64,000 nt of DNA from IMG/VR virus record IMGVR_UViG_3300029171_000002, positions 9,343-73,342 of that record; one strand, 5' to 3'. This document shows positions 1 through 8,870 of this stretch, piece by piece. This DNA is from a virus. Its lineage: Duplodnaviria > Caudoviricetes. How positions within the stretch are numbered: position 1 is the stretch's first letter; each line of letters begins with the position of its first letter. The notes beneath the pieces were generated by a model, which saw only the letters and a program-made list of their open reading frames with translations, was not told where the DNA came from and made no database searches. The translations under genes were made by a program, and so were the position numbers.

Positions 1-2
1 CG

Positions 3-266
3 AAGAGATATCATCAGAGTCCTAAGGGTAAAGAACAAAGACACCAGCAATACCTCAAACACAAACTTAGGGTTTACGCACGCAGTGCGATTGCTTATGC
101 CCTGAGAGATGGCATTATCACTAGGCCAGACGAGTGCGCGAAATGCGTATCTGAATGCAAACCAGAAGCTCATCACTATTTGGGATATTCTAAGGAGCAT
201 CATTTTTCTATTCAATGGCTTTGCAAGTCGTGTCATTCTGAAATTCATAAAAGTCAACGATCATGA
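3..266 (+). CDS. HNH endonuclease, C-terminal part (5'-truncated by window edge; not in ORF track)
   Basis: My translation: ...ARSAIAYALRDGIITRPDECAKCVSECKPEAHHYLGY...WLCKSCHSEIH*; CxxC...HH...WLCxxCH pattern of phage HNH nucleases. Confidence 0.75.
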   Translation, partial: KRYHQSPKGKEQRHQQYLKHKLRVYARSAIAYALRDGIITRPDECAKCVSECKPEAHHYLGYSKEHHFSIQWLCKSCHSEIHKSQRS

Positions 267-1324
267 ATATGACTTATGTCTAGGGTGTAACGCTCATAAG
301 CCCTGTCAGAACTCAATGGCTTCCATTCGATCTGCGATTGATCCAGAAATATCTTAAAAGCTGAATCCGATGTCAGGATGAAGCGAAAGAGTTGACCCTT
401 TAAGCATTCTGCTGGTAATCGAATCTCGGCCTTAGACCATCCAGTACCAGAAACTGGTGTCATGGAGAAAGTGGTAGTAAATCGCAAAGTCTCATCGATC
501 CAAATTTCCATTGTTATAGGACCAGATGAAATTCCTGCCCACCAAATACGCCTAATGAATTTCCATCGATTCCATCCAAAATCTAATTCGTATGAATCCA
601 TTCGAGTGACGTCAAGTGGGTCCTTGGTCAACTCGAATTGGTGTCCGTAATAGATAAAGACGTTCTTATTGCCACTGCCATCTACGTAAGGCGGAGGACC
701 ATCACCAGTGAACCTGTCAGGATCCGGCCCAACCGTAGGCCCTGAAGTACCCGGCGTCGGAGTACCCGGAGCTGCAAGAGGGTTGCCCTGCGTCTCAATG
801 AAAACAGTAAGTGCATAGACGATGACGCGGTTGACATCGCTTTCAATGATCTCGGTTAGGCCCGGGACAATGACGCGATCGACATTTGACTCAATAATTT
901 CAGTAAGTGAGCCTGCCTGAATCTGTTGAATGAAGTCAGATACGACTCCGGTGTCACATGCGGTGTTTCCTTGGGCGTTGGTATTGATATCCAGGATCGT
1001 TGAATATGGCCCAACGCCATCGCTATTTTCAAACCGCACCCTGATTCGGTATGGCTGAAACTGGTTGGCCAAATACATGAACTGAAACTGCGGTTGCGTC
1101 GACGCATAAAGCAACGCTGTAACGTTTCCGACAACAGCAAAGTTAGTGCACCCTAATCCATTACATACTTCCACCCTCATCAAGATCCCAGTGCTGGCGG
1201 CATCGGTGTTGCTGATGCGAGCCAGAACCGCAATCACTGGACGCTGTCCGTTGGCTACAATCGTTCCATCTGGACCGTAGTCAACTAACAGGCAGAGTTG
1301 TAATGGTGCTGAGGGAATAGCCAT
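254..1324 (-). CDS. putative virion structural protein (FN3-like N-terminal part)
   Basis: 356 aa ORF in structural operon; YRIRVRFENSDGVGPYS resembles an FN3 strand pattern. Confidence 0.5.
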   Translation of the reverse strand: MAIPSAPLQLCLLVDYGPDGTIVANGQRPVIAVLARISNTDAASTGILMRVEVCNGLGCTNFAVVGNVTALLYASTQPQFQFMYLANQFQPYRIRVRFENSDGVGPYSTILDINTNAQGNTACDTGVVSDFIQQIQAGSLTEIIESNVDRVIVPGLTEIIESDVNRVIVYALTVFIETQGNPLAAPGTPTPGTSGPTVGPDPDRFTGDGPPPYVDGSGNKNVFIYYGHQFELTKDPLDVTRMDSYELDFGWNRWKFIRRIWWAGISSGPITMEIWIDETLRFTTTFSMTPVSGTGWSKAEIRLPAECLKGQLFRFILTSDSAFKIFLDQSQIEWKPLSSDRAYERYTLDISHIHDR

Positions 1325-2337
1325 TATGGGATAACGGTTGTCGCTCCAACTTCAGGGTTTTGTGCCAATGTCCAGTTACCACCGGCCGGGTTTGTTGTTC
1401 TGCGATCCAGTAAGATCGTCGGTGCCACATTCAGATTTCGGATTGTCGAAGGATAATCCACTCCACTGATTCGGAACGATGGCTCCATGCGGCCCCCGCT
1501 GATCTTTATCGGGACCCAGCGTGCCGTGATTGATCGAATCTGAGTCGGTGCTACCAGGCCATGAGGAGCGATCAAGAAAAACTGTTTCTGCCCATTCGTG
1601 ATGCTACTCACGAAATCAGCGGTTGAGTAAGGCACCTCATCCACCAGAGTAAATCCGTCAGTGCCAGTGCTCCTCACCCAGTCGTTATGAAGTGCCACGG
1701 CAGAATCACCGATCACAACAGCCATCGGCATTTGCACGATGCCTTCAAGGTCGTTCTCGGGAGCCGGACCAGTGTCGTCGTTGATATAAAGCGAAGCCCA
1801 AAGCGAAGTGCCGGACGTCTCTGGTAGTACCCAGTTATCGATATAGCTTCTGCCAAATGCCGTGTCTCCTGTGAACAGAAACTCTTCGGTATTGTCGATC
1901 AGGAAGCGACAGACTCCTGCTCCAGTGCCTGAAACCGTGGCCGAAAGGTCATACTTGATCTGAAAGTGCCGCCAGCTATCCGCAGGCACGGCGTTAACGC
2001 TTTGGGCCTTGATGTTCCCGTTTGTGTCGAGAAAATTAATCTTCCCGGCCCCGTCATGCGTAAAGCTGCACACCACACTACTCGCCGCCCTGAATTGGAG
2101 GAACGTTCCTTTGGCTAGAGCTGTTCTCGGACTCCAATAAAACCCGCTACGCAGTTTCAGCTTCTGTCCAGGAAGCGATAATGTTCTACTTCCGCTTCCA
2201 AAGGGACCGTCAACCGCCAAACAATACGAGCCCACTTGGTCAGGAGTGCTGAACGTATTTCTGAAGTCTGTACTGCCTGGCACGGAAAAGATCAGCGTGT
2301 CCCGTGCCTTTAAAGGTTCTGTGATGATTCGCGCCAT
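1324..2337 (-). CDS. putative virion protein, beta-sandwich/lectin-like
   Basis: 337 aa beta-rich ORF, translationally coupled within tail operon. Confidence 0.45.
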   Translation of the reverse strand: MARIITEPLKARDTLIFSVPGSTDFRNTFSTPDQVGSYCLAVDGPFGSGSRTLSLPGQKLKLRSGFYWSPRTALAKGTFLQFRAASSVVCSFTHDGAGKINFLDTNGNIKAQSVNAVPADSWRHFQIKYDLSATVSGTGAGVCRFLIDNTEEFLFTGDTAFGRSYIDNWVLPETSGTSLWASLYINDDTGPAPENDLEGIVQMPMAVVIGDSAVALHNDWVRSTGTDGFTLVDEVPYSTADFVSSITNGQKQFFLIAPHGLVAPTQIRSITARWVPIKISGGRMEPSFRISGVDYPSTIRNLNVAPTILLDRRTTNPAGGNWTLAQNPEVGATTVIP

Positions 2338-2340
2338 AGG

Positions 2341-5172
2341 TCACCTATTGAAAACCAGCCGCTCGAGTTTACCTACCGTATTGGCTGGCAGAGAATGAGT
2401 CACAAGCCTGCGTCCTGCGGTATTAATCGTGAAGGTTTCAACCGTCACACCATCGATTTCCACTCCACACTGCACATCCTGCCCAAAGGTATTGATATCG
2501 ACCATGAGTTGCCTGAACCTCTTTTCTGCCGGCCATCCACGGTCTACCCAGTCTGTCTGGGTCTTCCCCACCTCTATTCCATTCAACAGGAAGTTGAAGT
2601 AATGCCCGTAAACTTTGACCTCGTACAAAGCCTCCGCGCTTTGCACCTGAACTTTTGCCAGCTTGCCTTCGGTGTCGATCGGTAGCGATAGAACCGTTCT
2701 CTGCCTGGTCGTGGTCTTGACTGCCGTGAACGTAGTCGTTGGAACCGTTGCTCCATCCAGATAAACCGATACGCTGCAGACCGTGCCTTGGGTATCCAGG
2801 TCCATCACGAGTTGCTTGAAATACTTTCGCTCTGGACTACCGTAATCATTCCAATCCCAACTGGTTTTGTTTAGTTCCCGCGGCTCAGTCCAGTAATTAA
2901 ACGTCACCTTGTAAAACTTGATGCTCTTCCCTTCGTTGTCTGTGGTGACTCTGAACCCCACGTTCTTTGAGAAGATGCCGATGCCATTGCTGATCGGCAT
3001 ATTAACCAACTGCCGACCTGTTCCAGCCACCGGATACGTTGTGGTGTAATCGCCGTTGTTGAAATCTAGCGTCATATCAAAGCTGGCGCCGCCTGGATCT
3101 ACATCAAAGACAAGCTCAACAAAGTTCTTGTCCTGTTCCGGAGTTCCAAAATCAAAATGCCCAGCCCTGAAGCTGAAGTTGATAACGCTTTCTGTCGTGC
3201 CCAGCTTGTCTACGTTCCCAACGTCTCTGCGATAGACATAGAGATCAGTGTGTGAGCTGAAAAGCTTGCCTTGGTACGGCACAGCCAGGTAGGTCGTTAC
3301 CTGCCGATCAGTCTGCGACCAGCGATTGGCAATCAGGTCAAAGATCAGCTCCCTGCGTGTGAGCGTATTCGCGCCCTTGTACGACCAATAGAGCTTGTTG
3401 TCGAAATATGTCATGCGCTCGTGGTCAAGTTGATTGAACTCGTTGTAGGCAGGCTCGAGATTCGCTTCCGGGCCACCGGCCACGCCCTGAAACAGAGAGT
3501 TCATGTTCTCGCTGATCTTTTCCGAACCAGTGCCGGACAAGCGGTAGATCCCGTCATAGCTGCGCCAGAAGATCGTGCCCTCGCCTCGTGTAAACGCATA
3601 CCGCGCAAACAGGCCATGAATCGACCCCAGAGGCAAAGGCTGAAAGCTGTCTGGCCCGGTGCCGACCATCATGTACATCGTGTTGTCTGTCGCAATGAAC
3701 ATGCGATCATCCAAGCTCAGCATGCGTCTAACGCGGTCACCGCTTTGCGTGATGATCACGAAGTTGTCCAGCCTGAACTCCTCGACCCTGAACCGTTCCG
3801 AGTACCAGAGCCGATCCACATTACTCAAATCGTTTACCCAAACCCGGTCCCCATGAATTGCAAACGTATCCGGATCCATGGGCATGGCAGAGACGGAAAC
3901 GAGGTCAAACAAGACAGCCGCCGAAAGTGCAGCAGAAACACTCAGCCTGACGTGATAGGCTTCCACGCCATCAATCGTGTTTTTCTCCCAATTGTCAGGA
4001 AAGCGAAAAGTGATAATCCCGTTTACATTGAACGTCCGACCACCATTGCTTGTGCCGTCTCTGAGATCAGCTGCCTGAATCCAGTTCGCGCCGTCCCAGT
4101 ACTCAATTGTCAAAGCCGAGACATTCGTGTTTACGTTCGCAGTGGGCAGGCCACTCACCGAGTCAATGCCGATCAGGATCTTGCGAAACTGAAGGTCGGC
4201 TCCAATCACCAGCCAGTCACCATTAGCAAACGTGCTCAGTGCTCCTATGTCCACATGCGTGGTAATGCTGTTATCGCCAGCGGCTGCGGTGTAATCGGTG
4301 TAGGCACTTCCAGCATTCACGGTCTTCCGAATCGTGGTCGGTCCCATCACTGGGTTTGAAAACTCGATCTGAGTGACGGCCACTTCTGAGCCAAGGGTCT
4401 CGTCAGCCACATCGTCTTCGACAGTCAATGGTGCACCGAAGGCGGTATTGTCAACGGTCTTCACGAACAGGAACGAGCCTTCAATGGTTCCACCGGTTCT
4501 GTAGATATCGATATCTGTAACTTGGCTGTCCGGACTCTGCGGGATCGTCAGGTTGACCTTGTTGCTTGCCGTCGTCAGCGCCGTCATCTCCGGGCTCAAC
4601 GGACTCACGCTGCCCGTGTTCCGATTCCTGTACTGAAATGCCCACTGATAATCACCACTGAGATTGCCGCCCCCATTCGTTGCAGCCGCAGGCTTTTTGA
4701 CCGCGCCGGCGATACCAAAACTGGTGATCGTCGCTCCGTCCAGCTTGACTCGCTTATTCACATCAAACGCGATGGCCTGGATCTTGATCGAGTCGGCGAT
4801 CTTGTAATTGTCCATCGTCATCGGATTGCCGCTGAAATGCAGATTGTCGGAAACCTGAAGTTGACTTGGAACGTTAGTCCCCGTCCTGTAATAAAGTTCC
4901 GTGCCCGCACCGAAGTACACATGTGTGGGAGCACCCGCAGGCTCTTGCAGCAGGAACCCCATGGAGTGAACTTCTGCGGCAAACTGAACCGGAGCGATGC
5001 TCTGTTCCGTGCCAATTTCAATCGAACCCTTGCGTGGCTGAATGTAGCCACTCCGGTAAGCTTCCATGTTGAGGTATTGACTGTAATGCGCCTCAGGAAG
5101 CTTGTCCGCAGGCCTACCGATGTAGAGGCCAAGGGTTTCGAAGTCTAAAGTTGTATTTTGCTCAGTTGCCAT
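2341..5172 (-). CDS. large tail/head-closure (stabilisation-protein-like, beta-propeller) virion protein
   Basis: About 943 aa from MATEQ; HGDRVWV...RLWYSERF...GSIHGLFA pattern typical of podoviral nozzle/gp10-like proteins; follows adaptor genes. Confidence 0.6.
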   Translation of the reverse strand: MATEQNTTLDFETLGLYIGRPADKLPEAHYSQYLNMEAYRSGYIQPRKGSIEIGTEQSIAPVQFAAEVHSMGFLLQEPAGAPTHVYFGAGTELYYRTGTNVPSQLQVSDNLHFSGNPMTMDNYKIADSIKIQAIAFDVNKRVKLDGATITSFGIAGAVKKPAAATNGGGNLSGDYQWAFQYRNRNTGSVSPLSPEMTALTTASNKVNLTIPQSPDSQVTDIDIYRTGGTIEGSFLFVKTVDNTAFGAPLTVEDDVADETLGSEVAVTQIEFSNPVMGPTTIRKTVNAGSAYTDYTAAAGDNSITTHVDIGALSTFANGDWLVIGADLQFRKILIGIDSVSGLPTANVNTNVSALTIEYWDGANWIQAADLRDGTSNGGRTFNVNGIITFRFPDNWEKNTIDGVEAYHVRLSVSAALSAAVLFDLVSVSAMPMDPDTFAIHGDRVWVNDLSNVDRLWYSERFRVEEFRLDNFVIITQSGDRVRRMLSLDDRMFIATDNTMYMMVGTGPDSFQPLPLGSIHGLFARYAFTRGEGTIFWRSYDGIYRLSGTGSEKISENMNSLFQGVAGGPEANLEPAYNEFNQLDHERMTYFDNKLYWSYKGANTLTRRELIFDLIANRWSQTDRQVTTYLAVPYQGKLFSSHTDLYVYRRDVGNVDKLGTTESVINFSFRAGHFDFGTPEQDKNFVELVFDVDPGGASFDMTLDFNNGDYTTTYPVAGTGRQLVNMPISNGIGIFSKNVGFRVTTDNEGKSIKFYKVTFNYWTEPRELNKTSWDWNDYGSPERKYFKQLVMDLDTQGTVCSVSVYLDGATVPTTTFTAVKTTTRQRTVLSLPIDTEGKLAKVQVQSAEALYEVKVYGHYFNFLLNGIEVGKTQTDWVDRGWPAEKRFRQLMVDINTFGQDVQCGVEIDGVTVETFTINTAGRRLVTHSLPANTVGKLERLVFNR

Positions 5173-7213
5173 TGCTTGCCATGAGTTTCTTGAATAACTC
5201 TGCTCCAAACATGAATCGGTTATGACAATACTCAGACCGCATGAGATCTTGGGCTTCTCCTTGGCGTGAGAGCATGCGCTCCAACACTCCGAACTTGATG
5301 TACATCGCGCAATAGTCCGGGACCATCAGTCGATCGGTGAGCAACGAGACATCGCTGGGCAGAGACGTAGAGACGACGTTTAGCAACGCCGTGGAAGTTG
5401 TCGGCTTGCGATCTAACTCAAATCGCTTCAACGGTAAGTGATCGAGATGATACTTCCGAGGTCGTCCACTCTTCGTCCTCCACTTTGGATCGTCTTTATC
5501 CAGGAAGTGCTGATCGGTCTCAAGCAACGGAACATTCCCGTAAGTAATACGATCAATCTGCATGCTCAGCGGATGCGACGGGTAAAGGCTCTGGCCAGAC
5601 AGCGTGCTCTGGCTGTCACTGCGCTTCAGCATTTGTGCTTGCCTGATGAATTCCTTTTGAGTGTAGTTGATGTAGGAAATTACCTCGTCCGCGCTCCACA
5701 GCGAACCGCAATCCAAGGTTGCTGGCTCCAGAACCATGGTGGCAATCTCGGCAATCAGGTCCGCCACCGTGATAGTCGAGAAGTCTCCGGTTAGCGGAGC
5801 AATCACAATCGCAGTTCCGGTGATGATGACAACGCCAGAGCCGTGGAAGTGCTTCAGCAATTGCAGTGTTGCCGTCCCAGAGGTAATGACCCCACCGGTG
5901 CCAACATAAAAGAACTGGCCAGGTGTGCTAGGGAAGAACACTGTCGTACCGGCACCATCCGTAACAACCCCGCCGGCACTCGGCGTATACAGCTTTCTCA
6001 GCGCGAACGTCGCGGCCCCTGTGGTAAGCACCGCGCCACCGGCAATGCTCAGCGTATTGATGCGCTTGAAGCTGGCCGACCCTGATGTCACAAGTCCACC
6101 ACTCGCGGTCATCACCTTTCGCAAAGCCAGAGTCGCTACTCCACCGGTCGTCAGAACTCCACCACTGGCCGTGAATAAGAATTGCCCAGTCGTCTGCCCA
6201 GTCAGTGCCAAGGTCGCAAGACCGGTAGTTGTCACGCCGCCACTGCCAATGAAATTACGGATAGTCTTTAAGCCAGCGGTCCCACCCGTGACGACGCCAC
6301 CACTAGCCAGGAATGACTTCAGCAATGCGAAGCCAGCCACCCCGGTCATTGTCAATGCCGCATTGCCGGTATTGGTGAGATTCTTTCTGAGCGCAAATGC
6401 AGCGGCTCCGGAAGTCGTCAAGACTCCAGTAGCCGTATGAGTGAACGTGACCGTGCCCGTCTGCGTGGATAGTGCTGCGGCACCACTGGTAACAACTCCA
6501 CCAGTAGCGGTATAGATCTTTCTCAGTCTCAGGCTGGCGATGCCAGTAATCGCCATAGCACCGCTGCCCACGGTCTGGAATGACCTGATTTTTGTCACCG
6601 TCGCGGCCCCGGTCATCGAGAAAATGCCATCCCGCAGAGTCGTCGAAACCTCTCCGGAAACCGCAGACTCACCGGCAACGTTTGTGGCGGTTACTGCAAA
6701 GTAATAGGGAATCCCCAGCTTTAGGCCAGTGAGAGTAATCGCCAAGATGTTTCCAACAGTGATCGGAGACGCGCCTTGAGCCGCCTCAGTTCCGTCGTAA
6801 ACTCCCGGACTTGTGCCGTAATAGATCTTGTACCCTGTGGCGTCGTTACTCACAGGAGCATCCCATTCCAAGTTAACGATGCCCGGGAATTGAGTGGTGT
6901 AGTTTTTTCGGAGGCTGAGACTTGCAGAGCCTGTCATCAGCAGGCTCTCACCAGTGCCAACAAACGTATAGGTCACCGTCCCAGTCTGCTGAGCCAGTGT
7001 CGCCTCTCCGGTCGTGGTCACACCGCCCGTCCCGACATAAGACTTCCGCAACTGCAGGCCAGCCACACCCGACATGCTTAACGCCGTGGCTCCTGCACTT
7101 GGCACGGTATATTCAAAGACAACGGATTGAGCGCTCTCTCCAATGGTTGGAGTGGCTAGAAGGTGGGTAGGCTGTCGCCGTTTTCGCGGCTCTGGTGATC
7201 TGTAGTTACTCAT
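5162..7213 (-). CDS. virion protein: Gly/Thr/Ala repeats + FN3 domain + C-terminal head-tail adaptor-like domain
   Basis: About 20-aa repeats (GGVVTxGxAxL..RK.Y); LEWDAP..ATGYKIYYGT..YYFAVTATNVAGES FN3; C-terminal EVISYINYTQKEF...YIKFGVLERMLSR adaptor-like. Confidence 0.65.
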   Translation of the reverse strand: MSNYRSPEPRKRRQPTHLLATPTIGESAQSVVFEYTVPSAGATALSMSGVAGLQLRKSYVGTGGVTTTGEATLAQQTGTVTYTFVGTGESLLMTGSASLSLRKNYTTQFPGIVNLEWDAPVSNDATGYKIYYGTSPGVYDGTEAAQGASPITVGNILAITLTGLKLGIPYYFAVTATNVAGESAVSGEVSTTLRDGIFSMTGAATVTKIRSFQTVGSGAMAITGIASLRLRKIYTATGGVVTSGAAALSTQTGTVTFTHTATGVLTTSGAAAFALRKNLTNTGNAALTMTGVAGFALLKSFLASGGVVTGGTAGLKTIRNFIGSGGVTTTGLATLALTGQTTGQFLFTASGGVLTTGGVATLALRKVMTASGGLVTSGSASFKRINTLSIAGGAVLTTGAATFALRKLYTPSAGGVVTDGAGTTVFFPSTPGQFFYVGTGGVITSGTATLQLLKHFHGSGVVIITGTAIVIAPLTGDFSTITVADLIAEIATMVLEPATLDCGSLWSADEVISYINYTQKEFIRQAQMLKRSDSQSTLSGQSLYPSHPLSMQIDRITYGNVPLLETDQHFLDKDDPKWRTKSGRPRKYHLDHLPLKRFELDRKPTTSTALLNVVSTSLPSDVSLLTDRLMVPDYCAMYIKFGVLERMLSRQGEAQDLMRSEYCHNRFMFGAELFKKLMASNGN

Positions 7214-7214
7214 C

Positions 7215-7688
7215 TTACCCTAGCCTTACGTTTAGAGGAGCGACAGCGGTTGCGCCAACGATGTACAGCGAAGAGACAGCAAAATTGTAGGTACTGTTAG
7301 CAAGAAACGCATCTGCTGGGAATGTGTACTGAAGCACATTCCCCACATTCACAGAATTCCCATAAGGAGAAACCCCTCGCAAATCCCAATACAAAATGTA
7401 TCCCACGGCATTTGTCGCCGCATCCCATGCAATCGTCAGTGGAGCGATGCTGCCACTGATGTAGAAGATCGAGCGAATACTGATCGCTGAACCCGTGATA
7501 GCCAGAGCCCCGTTACCGACAATGACGTTGCTGGTCAGTGTCGAGACAGCTGCCCCGGTCATCGTCAACACGCCGCCACTGGCAATGAACGGGAAGTCTT
7601 GGGTTGGGAACAGCTCGACCGCAAGGTTTCGGTTGATCCTGTTTCGGGCCTTTGGCCTGCTGGTTTCCGGAGTTCTGTAGTTGCTCAT
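7215..7688 (-). CDS. virion protein with FN3-like domain, paralog of the N-terminal half of 5162-7213
   Basis: Shared MSNYRxPE start and GG-LTMTGAA repeats; IAWDAATNAVGYILYW...YNFAVSS. Confidence 0.55.
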   Translation of the reverse strand: MSNYRTPETSRPKARNRINRNLAVELFPTQDFPFIASGGVLTMTGAAVSTLTSNVIVGNGALAITGSAISIRSIFYISGSIAPLTIAWDAATNAVGYILYWDLRGVSPYGNSVNVGNVLQYTFPADAFLANSTYNFAVSSLYIVGATAVAPLNVRLG

Positions 7689-7694
7689 TCATCC

Positions 7695-8165
7695 TTAGCC
7701 AATCAGTTCGAATGTCATCACGGCGCTGTAGAAAGTAGTGGCTCCTGGAGCCACATCGATCTTGACCACAATCATCCCGCCCGGAGGCAGAATTGGACGA
7801 GCCGACTCCACTGGCACATAGCTCCAGCCATTCAACTGGTTCTGGGATTCACGCCAGATCATCTTGGTTTCAGTGGCGAAAGTCTCACCGGTCAGAATGT
7901 TCTGTCGAGCCGTGCCACCGTGAGCCGCATCACCGTCCTGAATCTTGGAGATTGTTCCAGCCGCTCCCTTGGCACTCTGATCCGTAGCGGTCTGGAAGAT
8001 ATTCAGAGGTTGCTGCTCCGAAGTTTCCAACGTGTCTTGAGTGACCTTGATTTCGTGGATCACGCCGACCATTGTTGTCGGCACCTTGAAAAACATGATC
8101 TCGCACACTGCCGCCACCGAGAGTGCGTCCACAACCTGGTTGTACATTCTTCCGTACTTAGCCAT
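7695..8165 (-). CDS. putative virion structural protein
   Basis: 156 aa ORF in operon with SD (GGAG). Confidence 0.45.
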   Translation of the reverse strand: MAKYGRMYNQVVDALSVAAVCEIMFFKVPTTMVGVIHEIKVTQDTLETSEQQPLNIFQTATDQSAKGAAGTISKIQDGDAAHGGTARQNILTGETFATETKMIWRESQNQLNGWSYVPVESARPILPPGGMIVVKIDVAPGATTFYSAVMTFELIG

Positions 8166-8177
8166 GACTTCTCCTTT

Positions 8178-8858
8178 TCACTTTTTCTTCACGATAAGAA
8201 CTTTTTCAATCTTGAAAAACTCTGTTGGGAACGTTGGAGCTGCGGCCGCTGCCTTGACGGTCGTCGTTACCTGCGCCCACTGGAGCGTTGAGGTCGTCGT
8301 CCAGCTCATGACGGTACTGGAACCCGTAGCCGCCTCGTGCGAGCCACGAAGACGAATGTCAAAGTTTCCGTTAGACGAGAACGTGTCTTCCGTCTGGCCT
8401 GTCCCTGGGGTTGGCGACTGCCCGCCGACGTTATAGCCCCAGTCATCCAGAACTATGTCGCCGTTCGCGCTGTCAATCGCTGTCCCGCTGATTGCTGTCC
8501 CGTTCCCGGTCGTTGTGTAGGCGGTTCCGAGTGGGGTTGTGGTATCGCCGCCCGTGAACTGGGTACAACGACTTGCAGCAACCGTGCTAGAGTCGGTGGT
8601 GACCGTCAGTGTGTGAGCACCCGCAGTTGGGGAAACGAGCTTGAAGATGACGATATCAATCGACGCGCCGTTGGTTGCCCGTGCGTACTCAGTCCCGAAA
8701 GAGCCGTTGACGCTAGACGAGCAAGTGACGGCAATCCCCGAAGGCACCACCACAGCCACGCGGAAGAGTGTGCATCCGCTTGCCGCGGTGATTGAAATAG
8801 TGTGGCTCGTCCCTGAATCCTGACTGCCAATTGCTGTTGTCCCTTGTGTTAAGGCCAC
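8178..8858 (-). CDS. putative virion structural protein (Thr/Gly/Ser-rich beta protein)
   Basis: 226 aa ORF; composition typical of tail decoration proteins. Confidence 0.45.
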   Translation of the reverse strand: MALTQGTTAIGSQDSGTSHTISITAASGCTLFRVAVVVPSGIAVTCSSSVNGSFGTEYARATNGASIDIVIFKLVSPTAGAHTLTVTTDSSTVAASRCTQFTGGDTTTPLGTAYTTTGNGTAISGTAIDSANGDIVLDDWGYNVGGQSPTPGTGQTEDTFSSNGNFDIRLRGSHEAATGSSTVMSWTTTSTLQWAQVTTTVKAAAAAPTFPTEFFKIEKVLIVKKK

Positions 8859-8870
8859 TGGTTAATCCTT

